Shown piece by piece: positions 26,252 through 35,667 of a DNA stretch of 64,000 nucleotides. Below the pieces are notes generated by a model. It was not told the origin of the DNA. It worked only from the letters and a program-made list of their open reading frames with translations, and did not search any database. The stretch is from Myxococcota bacterium (GTDB lineage Bacteria > Myxococcota_A > UBA9160 > UBA6930): assembly GCA_965223705.1 (NCBI GenBank), contig OZ245015.1, forward strand, positions 3,104,001 through 3,168,000. The letters are read 5' to 3'. Each line of letters starts with the position of its first letter. The first letter of the stretch is position 1. Position numbers and translations under genes: made by a program.

Positions 26252-28083
26252 CGGTAGCGATCCTTCACGGCGGCGACTTCCTCTTCGAGAAACGGGAAAC
26301 GACCGGTGTAGGTGCGCTCGAACACCTGCAAGGCCTTGGCGATCCGAACCGGATCGCGCTGTGAGATGCGGAGGCTCGCGTCGAAATAGTCGAGCGAACG
26401 GCGAACGCGAGCACGGGCGTCTTCTCCCTCGGATTGCAACCCCCAAGCGAGGTAGGTCTCGGAAAGTCGACGGGCGGATGCCGGATCCGGCGCGATCGAC
26501 ATGGCGCGCTCGAGCTGCGCGACCTGTTCTTCGAAGCGGCGCCCTTCGAGCGCGCCGATGCGCGCTTGCAGGTAGTAGAGTCGCGCGAGATGGAGCTGTT
26601 CGGGAGTCCGGTAGGGCGTTTCAACGCGGCCCAATAGCCGCTCTCTTTCGAGTCCGCGCTCGATCAAGCTCCGCGCTTCCGCGAGAAGCTCGTGCCGCAG
26701 CGCGGGTTCCGCCCGGCGAGCCGAGCGGACATGGTGTTTGGCCAGAGCTTGAAGCGCCAACAACGACGGGGCGTCGAGGCTCGCCTCGTGTCGCCAAAGG
26801 GATTCGTTATCCCGCCACACGTCCTGCTGCACGAACGTCGCTGCGGCGGAGAAGAGGACGAAGAACGATGCGCACGCTGTGGTCGCCACCCGGAGGTGTC
26901 GATTCGCGGCACCCCACTCGAACAGGACCAAAACCAAAGCGCAGAGCAAGAAGAAGGAACCGAAGTAGATGTAGCGGTCGGCCACCCAGATCGAGACGTA
27001 GACGATGTTCAGGTACGGAATGAGTAGGACGAGGAATGCCAGTACGTAGAAAAGCAGGTCCCGACGGCGAAGCAGGCAAAACCCGAGGGCCAGAGCCCAA
27101 GCGACGAAGGATGCCGCCGCGAGCCATTTCTCGCCGCTGGCCAACGGAACTTCAACGTGTGGCCACCGGTAGAACACCGAAAGCTGATCCGGCCACACGA
27201 TGTGCTTGAGGTATTCGAGCAACACGAGCGGCGTGAACTCCGCGACGCGGGCGAGATGACTGGGGTCGAGGGGGCCGGGGCCTCGCCAACCGATGACGCC
27301 GAAGGCTTCGATGACACCGCGGAACCACAAGAACGAAACCACGGAAACCGTCGCGTGGGGAACCAGCGGCAGCGCGCTCTTTGCGTAGTGGCGCAACGGA
27401 CCGAAGGCTTGGGAAGGGGCCCGTTCTCCCGACAGGTAGGGTGCCAACCACCGGTGGAGCAGCAACACGGCGAAAAAGACGATCGCGCCCATTTTCGTGT
27501 GGATCGCGGCCAGGGTCGCTAGGAACGATGCGCTCCAGAACGCGACCCGCGCACGGCCGGTACGCTCGAGTTCGTGCGATTGAAAGAGCAGCGCCGCCAG
27601 CATGAACGCCGTCGACAGAAGGTCCTTGCGTCCCATCACCCAGCAGACGGCTTCGACGTGGATCGTCAACACGGAGAAGGCGGTACCGATGGCGACGGAC
27701 GCAGCGAAGCGGCGCGTCAGCCGCAGGGCGACGAGGAACACCAGCGCGGCGTTCAGCGCGTTGAGTAGGACGTTCCCCAAGTGGTAGCCAAAGGGGTTCT
27801 CGAAGCCGAAGAGCCGCGCGTCCACGGCCCAAGACACGTCTCGCACGAGCAGGGGTTCTTCGCGCGGAAAGTAGTCGACGAAAATGGCTCGCAGGCTCGC
27901 CGCGAGGGATTCCTGGTTGTAGAGGTTCGGGTGGGCGAGGAGGATCGTGCGATCGTCGAAATCGACGAAGTCGAAATGGAGCGCCCGTGCGTAGAGCACG
28001 AAGCTCCACAACGCGAGGATCAGCGCGACGCCCAGCGCCGCCCCGAGGCCGCTTCGGCTGGGCTGATCTCGTTCGTCGTTCAT
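26248..28083 (-). CDS. TMTC-like GT-C membrane glycosyltransferase with C-terminal TPR-like region
   Basis: First loop FVDFDD, GYHLGNVLLNALN, HVEAVCWVMGRKDLL, TK, YL..IVWP..LS..Y, ADRYIY, VWRD.ESLW, helical C-terminus. Confidence 0.82.
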   Translation of the reverse strand: MNDERDQPSRSGLGAALGVALILALWSFVLYARALHFDFVDFDDRTILLAHPNLYNQESLAASLRAIFVDYFPREEPLLVRDVSWAVDARLFGFENPFGYHLGNVLLNALNAALVFLVALRLTRRFAASVAIGTAFSVLTIHVEAVCWVMGRKDLLSTAFMLAALLFQSHELERTGRARVAFWSASFLATLAAIHTKMGAIVFFAVLLLHRWLAPYLSGERAPSQAFGPLRHYAKSALPLVPHATVSVVSFLWFRGVIEAFGVIGWRGPGPLDPSHLARVAEFTPLVLLEYLKHIVWPDQLSVFYRWPHVEVPLASGEKWLAAASFVAWALALGFCLLRRRDLLFYVLAFLVLLIPYLNIVYVSIWVADRYIYFGSFFLLCALVLVLFEWGAANRHLRVATTACASFFVLFSAAATFVQQDVWRDNESLWRHEASLDAPSLLALQALAKHHVRSARRAEPALRHELLAEARSLIERGLERERLLGRVETPYRTPEQLHLARLYYLQARIGALEGRRFEEQVAQLERAMSIAPDPASARRLSETYLAWGLQSEGEDARARVRRSLDYFDASLRISQRDPVRIAKALQVFERTYTGRFPFLEEEVAAVKDRYR

Positions 28084-28220
28084 CGGTGACCTGGGCCGTC
28101 TGCGGGGAGAGGCGTTCCCCTGGAATCGGCCTGTAGGCGCCCCCGCTGAAGACCGAGAAGCCGCCACTACCCCGAGGGGACATGATACGATCCGGAGCAC
28201 GTAACCGAAGGGGAAGTGCT

Positions 28221-28991
28221 ATGGGACGCCTACAGGACAAGGTCTGCATCATCACGGGGGCCGCCGGCGGCCAGGGCCAGGTCGCGGTCGATCTCTTCGC
28301 CCGCGAGGGCGCCAAGGTCCTCGCGAGCGACTGTCAGGAGAAAGGCGACAAGCAGATCGCGAAAACGGTCTCGGAGTTCCCGGACCGGGTCGCGTACGTC
28401 GACGCCGACGTCACGCGAGAAGAGGATCTCCAGCGCATCGTCAGCACCGCACTCGGGGAGTTTGGGCGCATCGACGTGCTTTACAACAACCACGGCGCCA
28501 TGGTCGGCAGCCCGTTCTTCGAACACACCATGGAAGAGCTCGATCTCGTGCTCAATGTCAACGTGCGCGCCACGTTCCGGTTGACGCAGCTGGTCGCGGC
28601 GCAAATGGTGAAACAGGGCGACGGCGGTTCGATCATCAACAACAGCTCGACGGGTGGACTCGTCGGCTTTCAGGATATGTCCGGCTACGGCGCCTCCAAG
28701 GCCGGCGTCGCTCAGCTGGCGCGATCCCTGGCGAACGACCTGAAGGATTACGGAATCCGCGTCAACGCCGTGGCGCCGGGCGCGATCGATACGCCGATGC
28801 CTCACAAATACCTCGAGAAGTTCCCCGACCAGCGCGACGAAATCTGGAAGATGATCGAGCAGGCCCACCTGACCGGTCGCTTCGGTCGGCCCGAAGAAGT
28901 CGTCAACTTGGCGATCTTCTTGGCCAGCGACGAAGCTTCGTTCATGAACGGCGCGGTCATTCCCGTCGACGGCGGCTACACGGCCGTCTGA
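28221..28991 (+). CDS. Short-chain dehydrogenase/reductase
   Basis: TGAAGGQG, NNHG, YGASK, PGAIDT, VDGG. Confidence 0.95.
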   Translation: MGRLQDKVCIITGAAGGQGQVAVDLFAREGAKVLASDCQEKGDKQIAKTVSEFPDRVAYVDADVTREEDLQRIVSTALGEFGRIDVLYNNHGAMVGSPFFEHTMEELDLVLNVNVRATFRLTQLVAAQMVKQGDGGSIINNSSTGGLVGFQDMSGYGASKAGVAQLARSLANDLKDYGIRVNAVAPGAIDTPMPHKYLEKFPDQRDEIWKMIEQAHLTGRFGRPEEVVNLAIFLASDEASFMNGAVIPVDGGYTAV

Positions 28992-29015
28992 GCCGACGAT
29001 CGCGGAGAGCGTCCT

Positions 29016-29816
29016 TTGGCGAATCGCCTCGAAGGCAAGGTGGGCATCGTCGTAGGCGCTGGCCAGACGCCCGGCGACACGATCGGCAACGGGCGCGCCA
29101 CGGCGATCCTGTTCGCACGCGAAGGCGCCCGTGTACTCGCGATCGACCGAGACCGGGAAGCGGCCGAAGCGACCGTCGCAGCCATCGCTCTCGAAGGCGG
29201 ACGCGCAGAGGCGTTTCAGGCGGACGCGACGCGAGAAGACGACTGCCTCGCAATGGTCGGGCGATGCGTCGACGTGTTCGGTCGCGTCGACATCCTGCAC
29301 AACAACGTCGGCATCGGAGACGGAGACGCCGGGCCCGCGTCGGTTGCGCTCGAGGCTTGGGAGCGCATCATCGACGTCAACTTGAAGAGCGTCGCCCTGC
29401 CCTGCAAAGCGGTCTTGCCGGTCATGCGCGAGCAAGCAGGCGGTGTGATCACCAATATCTCGTCGATCGCCGCCGTCTGCTCGACCAGCATCATCGCCTA
29501 CAAGACGTCGAAGGCCGGAGTGAACGCCTACACCCAATCGTTGGCCCTGGGGAACGCGCGGTTCGGCATCCGGGCGAACGTCATCATGCCGGGGCTGATG
29601 GATACACCGATGGCCATCGAAGGCCCCTCCCGCGCGCGGGGCATCGCGAAAGACGCATTTCGTGCGCAACGAGACGCACAAGTGCCCCTCGGAGCCAAGA
29701 TGGGCACGGCGTGGGACATCGCGCACGCAGCGCTGTTCCTCTCTTCGGACGAAGCGCGCTTTATCACCGGCGTCGCCCTTCCGGTCGATGGGGGCCAGAG
29801 CGCACGCGTGGGCTAG
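29016..29816 (+). CDS. Short-chain dehydrogenase/reductase
   Basis: VGAGQTPGDTIGNG, HNNVG, YKTSK, PGLMDT, VDGG. Confidence 0.95.
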   Translation: MANRLEGKVGIVVGAGQTPGDTIGNGRATAILFAREGARVLAIDRDREAAEATVAAIALEGGRAEAFQADATREDDCLAMVGRCVDVFGRVDILHNNVGIGDGDAGPASVALEAWERIIDVNLKSVALPCKAVLPVMREQAGGVITNISSIAAVCSTSIIAYKTSKAGVNAYTQSLALGNARFGIRANVIMPGLMDTPMAIEGPSRARGIAKDAFRAQRDAQVPLGAKMGTAWDIAHAALFLSSDEARFITGVALPVDGGQSARVG

Positions 29817-29846
29817 GCTGTACGCGCTTTCACCAGGAGTAGACGC

Positions 29847-30941
29847 ATGGATTTCGGTTTTTTCACGATGCCGTCCCACCCGCCGGAGCGCGACTTGTTG
29901 CAGGGAATGGAATGGGATCTTCAGAACCTCCGTTGGCTCGACGAACTCGGCTTCACCGAGGCCTGGATCGGTGAGCACCACACCGCGCCGTGGGAACCGA
30001 ACCCGGCGCCGGACCTCCTGGTAGCGCAGGGTTTTCGCGAAACGAAGAATCTCCGGATCGGACCGGGCGGCTTCCTGCTCCCGTACCACCATCCGGGCGA
30101 ACTGGCGAACCGCGCGTGCGTTCTCGACCACTTGTCGAAGGGCCGCTTCAATTTCGGGATCGCCGCGAGCGGCCTCCCCAGCGACTGGGCCATGTTCAAC
30201 GTCGACGGCATGTCCGGCGAGAACCGCGACATGACGCGCGAAGCGCTGGAGATCATTCTCCGCTTATGGACGGAAGATGAACCCTTCGATCACAAGGGGA
30301 AGTACTGGAACGTCAGCAAGACGGACGGGATGTTCGGGTTGCTGCGACCGCATCTAAAGCCGGTCCAGTCTCCGCACCCTCCGATCGGGGTCGCCGGCCT
30401 CTCCCAGAAATCCGACACGCTGGCTCTGGCCGGTGAACGCGGCTTCATCCCGATGAGCCTCAACCTGAACCCAGCCTACGTGGCAGGCCACTGGGCCTCC
30501 GTCGCGGAGGGCGCCGACCGGGCGGGTCGGACGGCCCAGCGCTCGGACTGGCGGATGGTTCGCGAGATCTTCGTCGCCGAGACTGACGAGGAGGCGTGGG
30601 AGCTGTCGGTCAACGGCCCTATGGGTCGGATGATGAACGAGTACCTGTTGCCGCTTCTCGGCAACTTCGGCTTCCTCGAGTTCTTGAAGCACGATCCCGC
30701 CGTTCCGGATTCCGAAGTCGACGCGGCCTATTGCGCGAAGCACAACTGGTTGATCGGCTCGCCGCAAACGGTCATCGAGAAGACGGAAGCGATGTACGAG
30801 ACCGTCGGCGGATTCGGCACCTTGTGCGTTTTCGGCTTCGACTATGTCGATCATGCGGAGGCCTGGCATCGGTCGCTCCAGATGATCATGGAAGAAGTCG
30901 CGCCGAAGCTGACCCACTTAGAGGCGAAGGCCGCCGCCTAG
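29847..30941 (+). CDS. LLM-class flavin monooxygenase (LimB/TgnB/diketocamphane-monooxygenase-like subgroup)
   Basis: GFFTMPSHPP, AWIGEHHT, LPYHHP, SGLPSD, PHPPIGV. Confidence 0.88.
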   Translation: MDFGFFTMPSHPPERDLLQGMEWDLQNLRWLDELGFTEAWIGEHHTAPWEPNPAPDLLVAQGFRETKNLRIGPGGFLLPYHHPGELANRACVLDHLSKGRFNFGIAASGLPSDWAMFNVDGMSGENRDMTREALEIILRLWTEDEPFDHKGKYWNVSKTDGMFGLLRPHLKPVQSPHPPIGVAGLSQKSDTLALAGERGFIPMSLNLNPAYVAGHWASVAEGADRAGRTAQRSDWRMVREIFVAETDEEAWELSVNGPMGRMMNEYLLPLLGNFGFLEFLKHDPAVPDSEVDAAYCAKHNWLIGSPQTVIEKTEAMYETVGGFGTLCVFGFDYVDHAEAWHRSLQMIMEEVAPKLTHLEAKAAA

Positions 30942-30959
30942 CGCAGCGTCGACACCGGA

Positions 30960-31853
30960 ATGCCCGAGATCTACAAGCCCTCGGGCCGCGAGTTCTGGCA
31001 GCTCCTCAAAGAAACGTTCGCGGAGTGGCAGAAAGACCGCTGCCTCGAGCTCGGCGCGGCCTTGGCGTACTACACGCTGTTCTCCATCGCGCCGCTGCTT
31101 CTCATCACGATCGCGCTGACCGCGCTCTTCTTCGGCGAGAGACTCGCGAGCGGCGAACTGATGGCGAGTATCGAGCAAGCCGCCGGGGCCGAAGCCGCAA
31201 AGGCGATTCGCGGCATGGTGGAGCGCGCGAGCGCACCTCGGTCGGGAATCATCGCCACACTTTCCGGGCTGGTGATGACGCTCTTCGGCGCTTCCTCGGT
31301 GTTCGGCCAGCTCCAATCATCGTTGAACATCATCTGGGATGCGCCGCCGCGCACCGGGAAGGGCTTCACCGCGGTGCTGTGGGCGCGGCTGTCCTCTTTC
31401 TCGATGATTCTCGTGATCGGGTTCCTGCTGCTCGTCTCGCTCGCGATCGGCAGCGCCATCGGCGTGTTCTCCGCCACGCTCTCCTCGTGGATTCCGGGAG
31501 GCGACCTGCTCGCGCGCGGCATCGACGTCGCCGTCTCCTTCGCCACCACGACGCTGCTCTTCGCCATGATGTTCCGCATCTTGCCCGACATCCGGATTCC
31601 GTGGACCGACGTGTGGATCGGCGCCGCATTTACGAGCGTTTTGTTCGCGGTCGGTCGACTCGGGATCTCGTTCTACCTGGGTCACTCTTCGGCGTCTTCG
31701 GTGTACGGCGCGGCGAGCTCTCTGGTCGTGGTCCTCCTCTGGATCTACTACTCCTCGCAGCTTCTCTTCTTCGGTGCCGAGTTCACCCAGGTCTACGCGA
31801 GGCGCTTCGGGTCACTTCGCGGGTCCTCCGCAGGGGCGTCTGTGCAACCATAG
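30960..31853 (+). CDS. YihY/BrkB family membrane protein
   Basis: AALAYYTLFSIAPLL, LN.IW, YGAA.S...LLWIYYSSQ..FFGAEF. Confidence 0.93.
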   Translation: MPEIYKPSGREFWQLLKETFAEWQKDRCLELGAALAYYTLFSIAPLLLITIALTALFFGERLASGELMASIEQAAGAEAAKAIRGMVERASAPRSGIIATLSGLVMTLFGASSVFGQLQSSLNIIWDAPPRTGKGFTAVLWARLSSFSMILVIGFLLLVSLAIGSAIGVFSATLSSWIPGGDLLARGIDVAVSFATTTLLFAMMFRILPDIRIPWTDVWIGAAFTSVLFAVGRLGISFYLGHSSASSVYGAASSLVVVLLWIYYSSQLLFFGAEFTQVYARRFGSLRGSSAGASVQP

Positions 31854-31877
31854 GCGCCAGACGCAAGAGGAGACGTC

Positions 31878-32618
31878 ATGAGCGGACGATTGAAGGACAA
31901 GGTCGCGATTATTACCGGGGGTGCCCGAGGACAGGGCGCGGCAGAAGGCGAGATCTTTGCGCGCGAAGGCGCGCGGGTGGTCTTGACGGATATTCTCGAC
32001 GAAGCCGGCGAGAAACAAGCGGCGGCGATCGGCGGTCGCTACCTCCACCACGACGTCACGAGCGAGAGCGACTGGCAACGCGTGGTCGAAGAGGTCTTGT
32101 CGGCTCACGGAAGGGTCGACGTCCTGATCAACAACGCCGGCATCTTCCAAGCCGCCTCGCTCGAAGGAACGACGCTACCCGATTGGGAACGCATGATCGC
32201 GGTCAATCAGACCGGAGTCTTCCTCGGTATGCGAGCCGTGGCGCCGCCGATGAAGGAACAGCAGTCGGGATCGATCGTGAACATCTCGTCGGTCGCAGGC
32301 CTGGAGGGACAGCCGCAAACCATGGCCTACAGCGCGACGAAATGGGCCGTGCGCGGCATGACGAAAGTCGCCGCCGCGGAACTCGGGCGACACAACGTTC
32401 GCGTGAATTCGATCCATCCCGGGCTGATCGATACGGAGATGCTTCAGGAGATCCCGTGGATCAAGGCCGGCAAGAAGGATCGAATCGTGCGCGGTATCCC
32501 GATGCGGCGCGACGCGCGACCGGACGAAGTCGCGAACCTGGCGCTCTTCTTGGCTTCCGATGAATCTTCGTACTGCACCAGCAGCGAGTTCGTCGTCGAT
32601 GGTGGCGTACACCGCTGA
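31878..32618 (+). CDS. Short-chain dehydrogenase/reductase (3alpha,20beta-HSD-like)
   Basis: TGGARGQG, NNAG, YSATKWAVRG, HPGLIDT. Confidence 0.95.
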   Translation: MSGRLKDKVAIITGGARGQGAAEGEIFAREGARVVLTDILDEAGEKQAAAIGGRYLHHDVTSESDWQRVVEEVLSAHGRVDVLINNAGIFQAASLEGTTLPDWERMIAVNQTGVFLGMRAVAPPMKEQQSGSIVNISSVAGLEGQPQTMAYSATKWAVRGMTKVAAAELGRHNVRVNSIHPGLIDTEMLQEIPWIKAGKKDRIVRGIPMRRDARPDEVANLALFLASDESSYCTSSEFVVDGGVHR

Positions 32619-33464
32619 CTACTCTCGGAACGTGACCTCATCCGAGAGGTTCAGGTCCATTCGAGGTGCCTGGGTCGGCTGGAGACAGCCGTCGTAGCTC
32701 TGCCCTCGCACGAGGGTCATCCCGAATTCGTCGATGGTGGCCTCGTGCGTCATCGTGCAGCGCGCGCTGCACGCGTGCATCGTCAAGACGCGGCGGTGGC
32801 CGTCAGTCGTGTTGCTTCCCGTCTTGTGCCACAGACGCGAGTGAAAGAACACGGCGTCTCCAGCGGCCACTTCGAGGGAGACGGCGTCGGGGTGTGCATC
32901 CGCGTCGGGAATCCCGTACGCCCGCGCATTCGTGAGCTCTTCGGGCATCGCGTGCTCGAGGACCGGTCCGCGGTGCGAACCGGGAACGACGGTCAGGCCC
33001 CCGTTCGCCGCGCTCGTGTCGTCGAGCGGAACCCAGATTCCGACGATGCGATCGTCGGGCCCGAACGGGAAGTAGTAGGCGTCCTGGTGGAACGGGTGGA
33101 CACTCGGCACTCTCTTCGGCTTGTAGATGAACATCAGCAGGAACGCGAAGATGTCGGGCCCGATCAAACTCTCGGCGACATCGAGCACGCCGTCCGTCGT
33201 CAGGAACTCCCGGAACGTCGCGTCGAACCGATCGGGGTTCAGGATCTTCCACATCCCGTCCTCGATGTCGGCGGGCTCGGGTACCAGGCCTTTCGCCACG
33301 CGGATGTCGCGCATCAGCCGGCTTCGGGCGACGTCGGGCACGTCTCCGTGCACAACCTCGCGCGCCCGCGCGCGGTAGCGCTCGATCGCGTCTGAGGAGA
33401 GGACTCCCGGAACCACGATGTAGCCCTGTTCTCGATAGGTGGCGCGAAGCGACTCGTCCGTCAT
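32619..33464 (-). CDS. Phytanoyl-CoA dioxygenase (PhyH) family Fe(II)/2OG dioxygenase
   Basis: HQD, W.PLDD...NG.L.VVPGSH, GD.VFFH...WH...N....RR. Confidence 0.92.
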   Translation of the reverse strand: MTDESLRATYREQGYIVVPGVLSSDAIERYRARAREVVHGDVPDVARSRLMRDIRVAKGLVPEPADIEDGMWKILNPDRFDATFREFLTTDGVLDVAESLIGPDIFAFLLMFIYKPKRVPSVHPFHQDAYYFPFGPDDRIVGIWVPLDDTSAANGGLTVVPGSHRGPVLEHAMPEELTNARAYGIPDADAHPDAVSLEVAAGDAVFFHSRLWHKTGSNTTDGHRRVLTMHACSARCTMTHEATIDEFGMTLVRGQSYDGCLQPTQAPRMDLNLSDEVTFRE

Positions 33465-33510
33465 CGCTCCTCAAGGTAGGCCTATTTTTCCCTTGGGGCA
33501 GCGCCCTCGT

Positions 33511-33516
33511 TATAAT
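33511..33516 (+). promoter_or_regulatory. Consensus sigma70 -10 box upstream of the aldehyde oxidoreductase
   Basis: Perfect TATAAT in GC-rich DNA, about 30 nt before ATG 33546 (GGGAG RBS); -35 unclear. Confidence 0.45.
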
Positions 33517-33545
33517 TCGGCGAACCCGCAACCGAGGGAGCACTC

Positions 33546-35360
33546 ATGGAACTCGCGAAGTTTGGCGATCGCATCGGCCACGTCGACCTGACCCAGGGAA
33601 CGTGTGAAACACGTCCCGCACCGACGGAATGGGTCCGCCAGTACATCGGGGGACGCGGTCTGGGCGTGCGCTACGTCCTCGAAGCGGGAGCCGACGTCGA
33701 TGCGTTCTCGCCGGAAAACCCGCTGTGCTTCATCAACGGTCCGCTGTCGGGGTCTGAGCTCAACATGAGCGGTCGCTGGGCGTGCGTAACGAAGTCGCCC
33801 CTCACAGGGACCGTGACCGACAGCCACCAAGGCGGCTGGACCGCGGCGCGGGTCCGCTGGGCGGGGTTTGACGGCTTGGTGTTTACCGGGCGCGCGGACG
33901 GGCCCGTGTACGCGTTCGTCGAGGACGGCGAAATCTCGCTGTGCGACGCGACGGACGTATGGGGCAAGGACATTCACGAGACCGTCGCATTCTTTCAGGA
34001 ACGCTACGGCGAAAAAGATCTCTCGGTATGCGCCATCGGCCGGGCGGGAGAAACACGTTCGCGCTTCGCCGCTTGGGTCAATGAAGACGACCGCGCGTTC
34101 GGACGGGGCGGCACCGGCGCCGTCGGCGGAAGCAAGAACCTGAAGGCGATCGTGATTCGCGCGAAGCGCCAAAAGAGCCAGGTGGCGGACGAGCAAGCCT
34201 TCCGCGAGGTCCGCACGGCCGCACTCGACGCGATTCGCGACGAAGCACATATCACGAGCCCGAAGAAGGGCGGCCTCTCGGTGTACGGGACGAACGTCTT
34301 GATGAACGTTACGAACACCATCGGCGCCCTCGGCACGCGCAACAGTCAGCTGACATCCTTCGGAGACAAGGCGGAAGGCATCAGCGGCGAGTTCGTCACG
34401 GACAACCTGCTCACCGGGAATCCGACCTGCCACGCGTGTCCGGTGGCGTGCAAGAAGGAAGTCGAGATCAAAGAGGGCCCTCACAAGGGCCTCCGCATGG
34501 AGAGTATCGAGTACGAATCGGCCTGGGCCCTGGGCGCGAATTGCGACAACCCGGACATCGGATCGATCGCCAAGTTGATCGATCAGTGCAACGACTATGG
34601 TCTCGATCCGATCGAGCTCGGCGGTGTCTTCTCGGCGTTCATGGAAGCTACGGAAACCGGCCAGACCAACGGCGAGTCGCTCTCCTGGGGCGATCACGCG
34701 TCGATGGTCGCCATGACCGAGCGCATCGCGACACGCGACGGCATCGGCGACATCCTGGCCGAGGGCGCGACCCGGGTGGCCGAACACTTTGGCAACGCCG
34801 ATCTCGCGATGGCGGTCAAAGGCCAGGCGATTCCCGCGTACGATCCGCGGGGCTTGAAAGGCATGGGGCTCGGCTACGCCACGAGCAACCGAGGTGCGTG
34901 TCATTTGCGCGGCTACACCGCTGCGGCAGAGCTCGGCGTCCTCGACATGGGTCTCGACCCGGTGGAGTGGCGTGGTAAGGGCGAACTGCTGAAGACCTTC
35001 CAGGACTTGGCCGCGTTCGCTGACAGCCTCGATCTTTGCAAGTTCAGTTCCTTCGCCGAAGATGCGGAGCTCTACGCGCGACAGTACGCAGTTGCCATGG
35101 GCGTCGACTTCTCAATGGATGACGTGATGACCGCCGGCGAGCGCATCTACAACCTCGAGCGGCACTACAACAATCTGGCGGGCTTCGGCGAGGGCTCGGA
35201 CACCCTCCCCAAGCGTTTCACGGAAGAGCCGTCGACCTTCGGCGGTTCCAAAGGACACGTGGCGGAACTCGACGACATGCTCGGCGAATACTATGCCGCG
35301 CGCGGCTGGGAACGGGGTGTCGTGCCCGACGCGAAGCTCAAAGAGCTCGGTGTCGTGTAA
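33546..35360 (+). CDS. aor: Tungsten-type aldehyde:ferredoxin oxidoreductase
   Basis: GGRGLG, KSPLTG, GRGGTGAV.GSKNLKAI, CHACPVAC plus GACH (4Fe-4S), EYE, YDPRG, DSLDLCKF, YY.ARGW. Confidence 0.93.
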   Translation: MELAKFGDRIGHVDLTQGTCETRPAPTEWVRQYIGGRGLGVRYVLEAGADVDAFSPENPLCFINGPLSGSELNMSGRWACVTKSPLTGTVTDSHQGGWTAARVRWAGFDGLVFTGRADGPVYAFVEDGEISLCDATDVWGKDIHETVAFFQERYGEKDLSVCAIGRAGETRSRFAAWVNEDDRAFGRGGTGAVGGSKNLKAIVIRAKRQKSQVADEQAFREVRTAALDAIRDEAHITSPKKGGLSVYGTNVLMNVTNTIGALGTRNSQLTSFGDKAEGISGEFVTDNLLTGNPTCHACPVACKKEVEIKEGPHKGLRMESIEYESAWALGANCDNPDIGSIAKLIDQCNDYGLDPIELGGVFSAFMEATETGQTNGESLSWGDHASMVAMTERIATRDGIGDILAEGATRVAEHFGNADLAMAVKGQAIPAYDPRGLKGMGLGYATSNRGACHLRGYTAAAELGVLDMGLDPVEWRGKGELLKTFQDLAAFADSLDLCKFSSFAEDAELYARQYAVAMGVDFSMDDVMTAGERIYNLERHYNNLAGFGEGSDTLPKRFTEEPSTFGGSKGHVAELDDMLGEYYAARGWERGVVPDAKLKELGVV

Positions 35361-35372
35361 CGTTCGGACCCG

Positions 35373-35651
35373 TTAGCCGCCCGCCACCGCCGGGAAGAAA
35401 TCGATGGCGTCCGTCTCGCGCAGTGGCGACGCGAGGCCCTTCGGTAAGTGCACGACGCCTCGCCCGTTCACGAAAACGTGGACGTAGCGCGAGAGCTTCC
35501 CGTCGTCATCGAGCATCAACGGAACGAGATCGGGAAACGTCGCGAGGACGCGCTCAAGGAGATCTCCAACGGTATCCCCGGGCTCGCACGGGATGTCCGC
35601 CGTCTTTCGACCGACGGCGTGCCGCAAGGTGGCGAAGAAGTTGACCTGCAC
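35373..35651 (-). CDS. MoaD/ThiS/SAMP-like ubiquitin-fold sulfur carrier
   Basis: VQVNFFATLR, VFVNG, C-terminal FPAVAGG; 92 aa from GTG 35651. Confidence 0.9.
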   Translation of the reverse strand: MQVNFFATLRHAVGRKTADIPCEPGDTVGDLLERVLATFPDLVPLMLDDDGKLSRYVHVFVNGRGVVHLPKGLASPLRETDAIDFFPAVAGG

Positions 35652-35667
35652 AGCCGGAACATAGCGG

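Noticed and set aside
28230..30131. Long antisense or alternate-frame ORFs (e.g. 28230-30131, 45713-47923, 8654-10504, 30596-32563)
   Set aside because: Shadows of real genes caused by high-GC codon bias; Arg/Ala/Gly-rich and lacking motifs.
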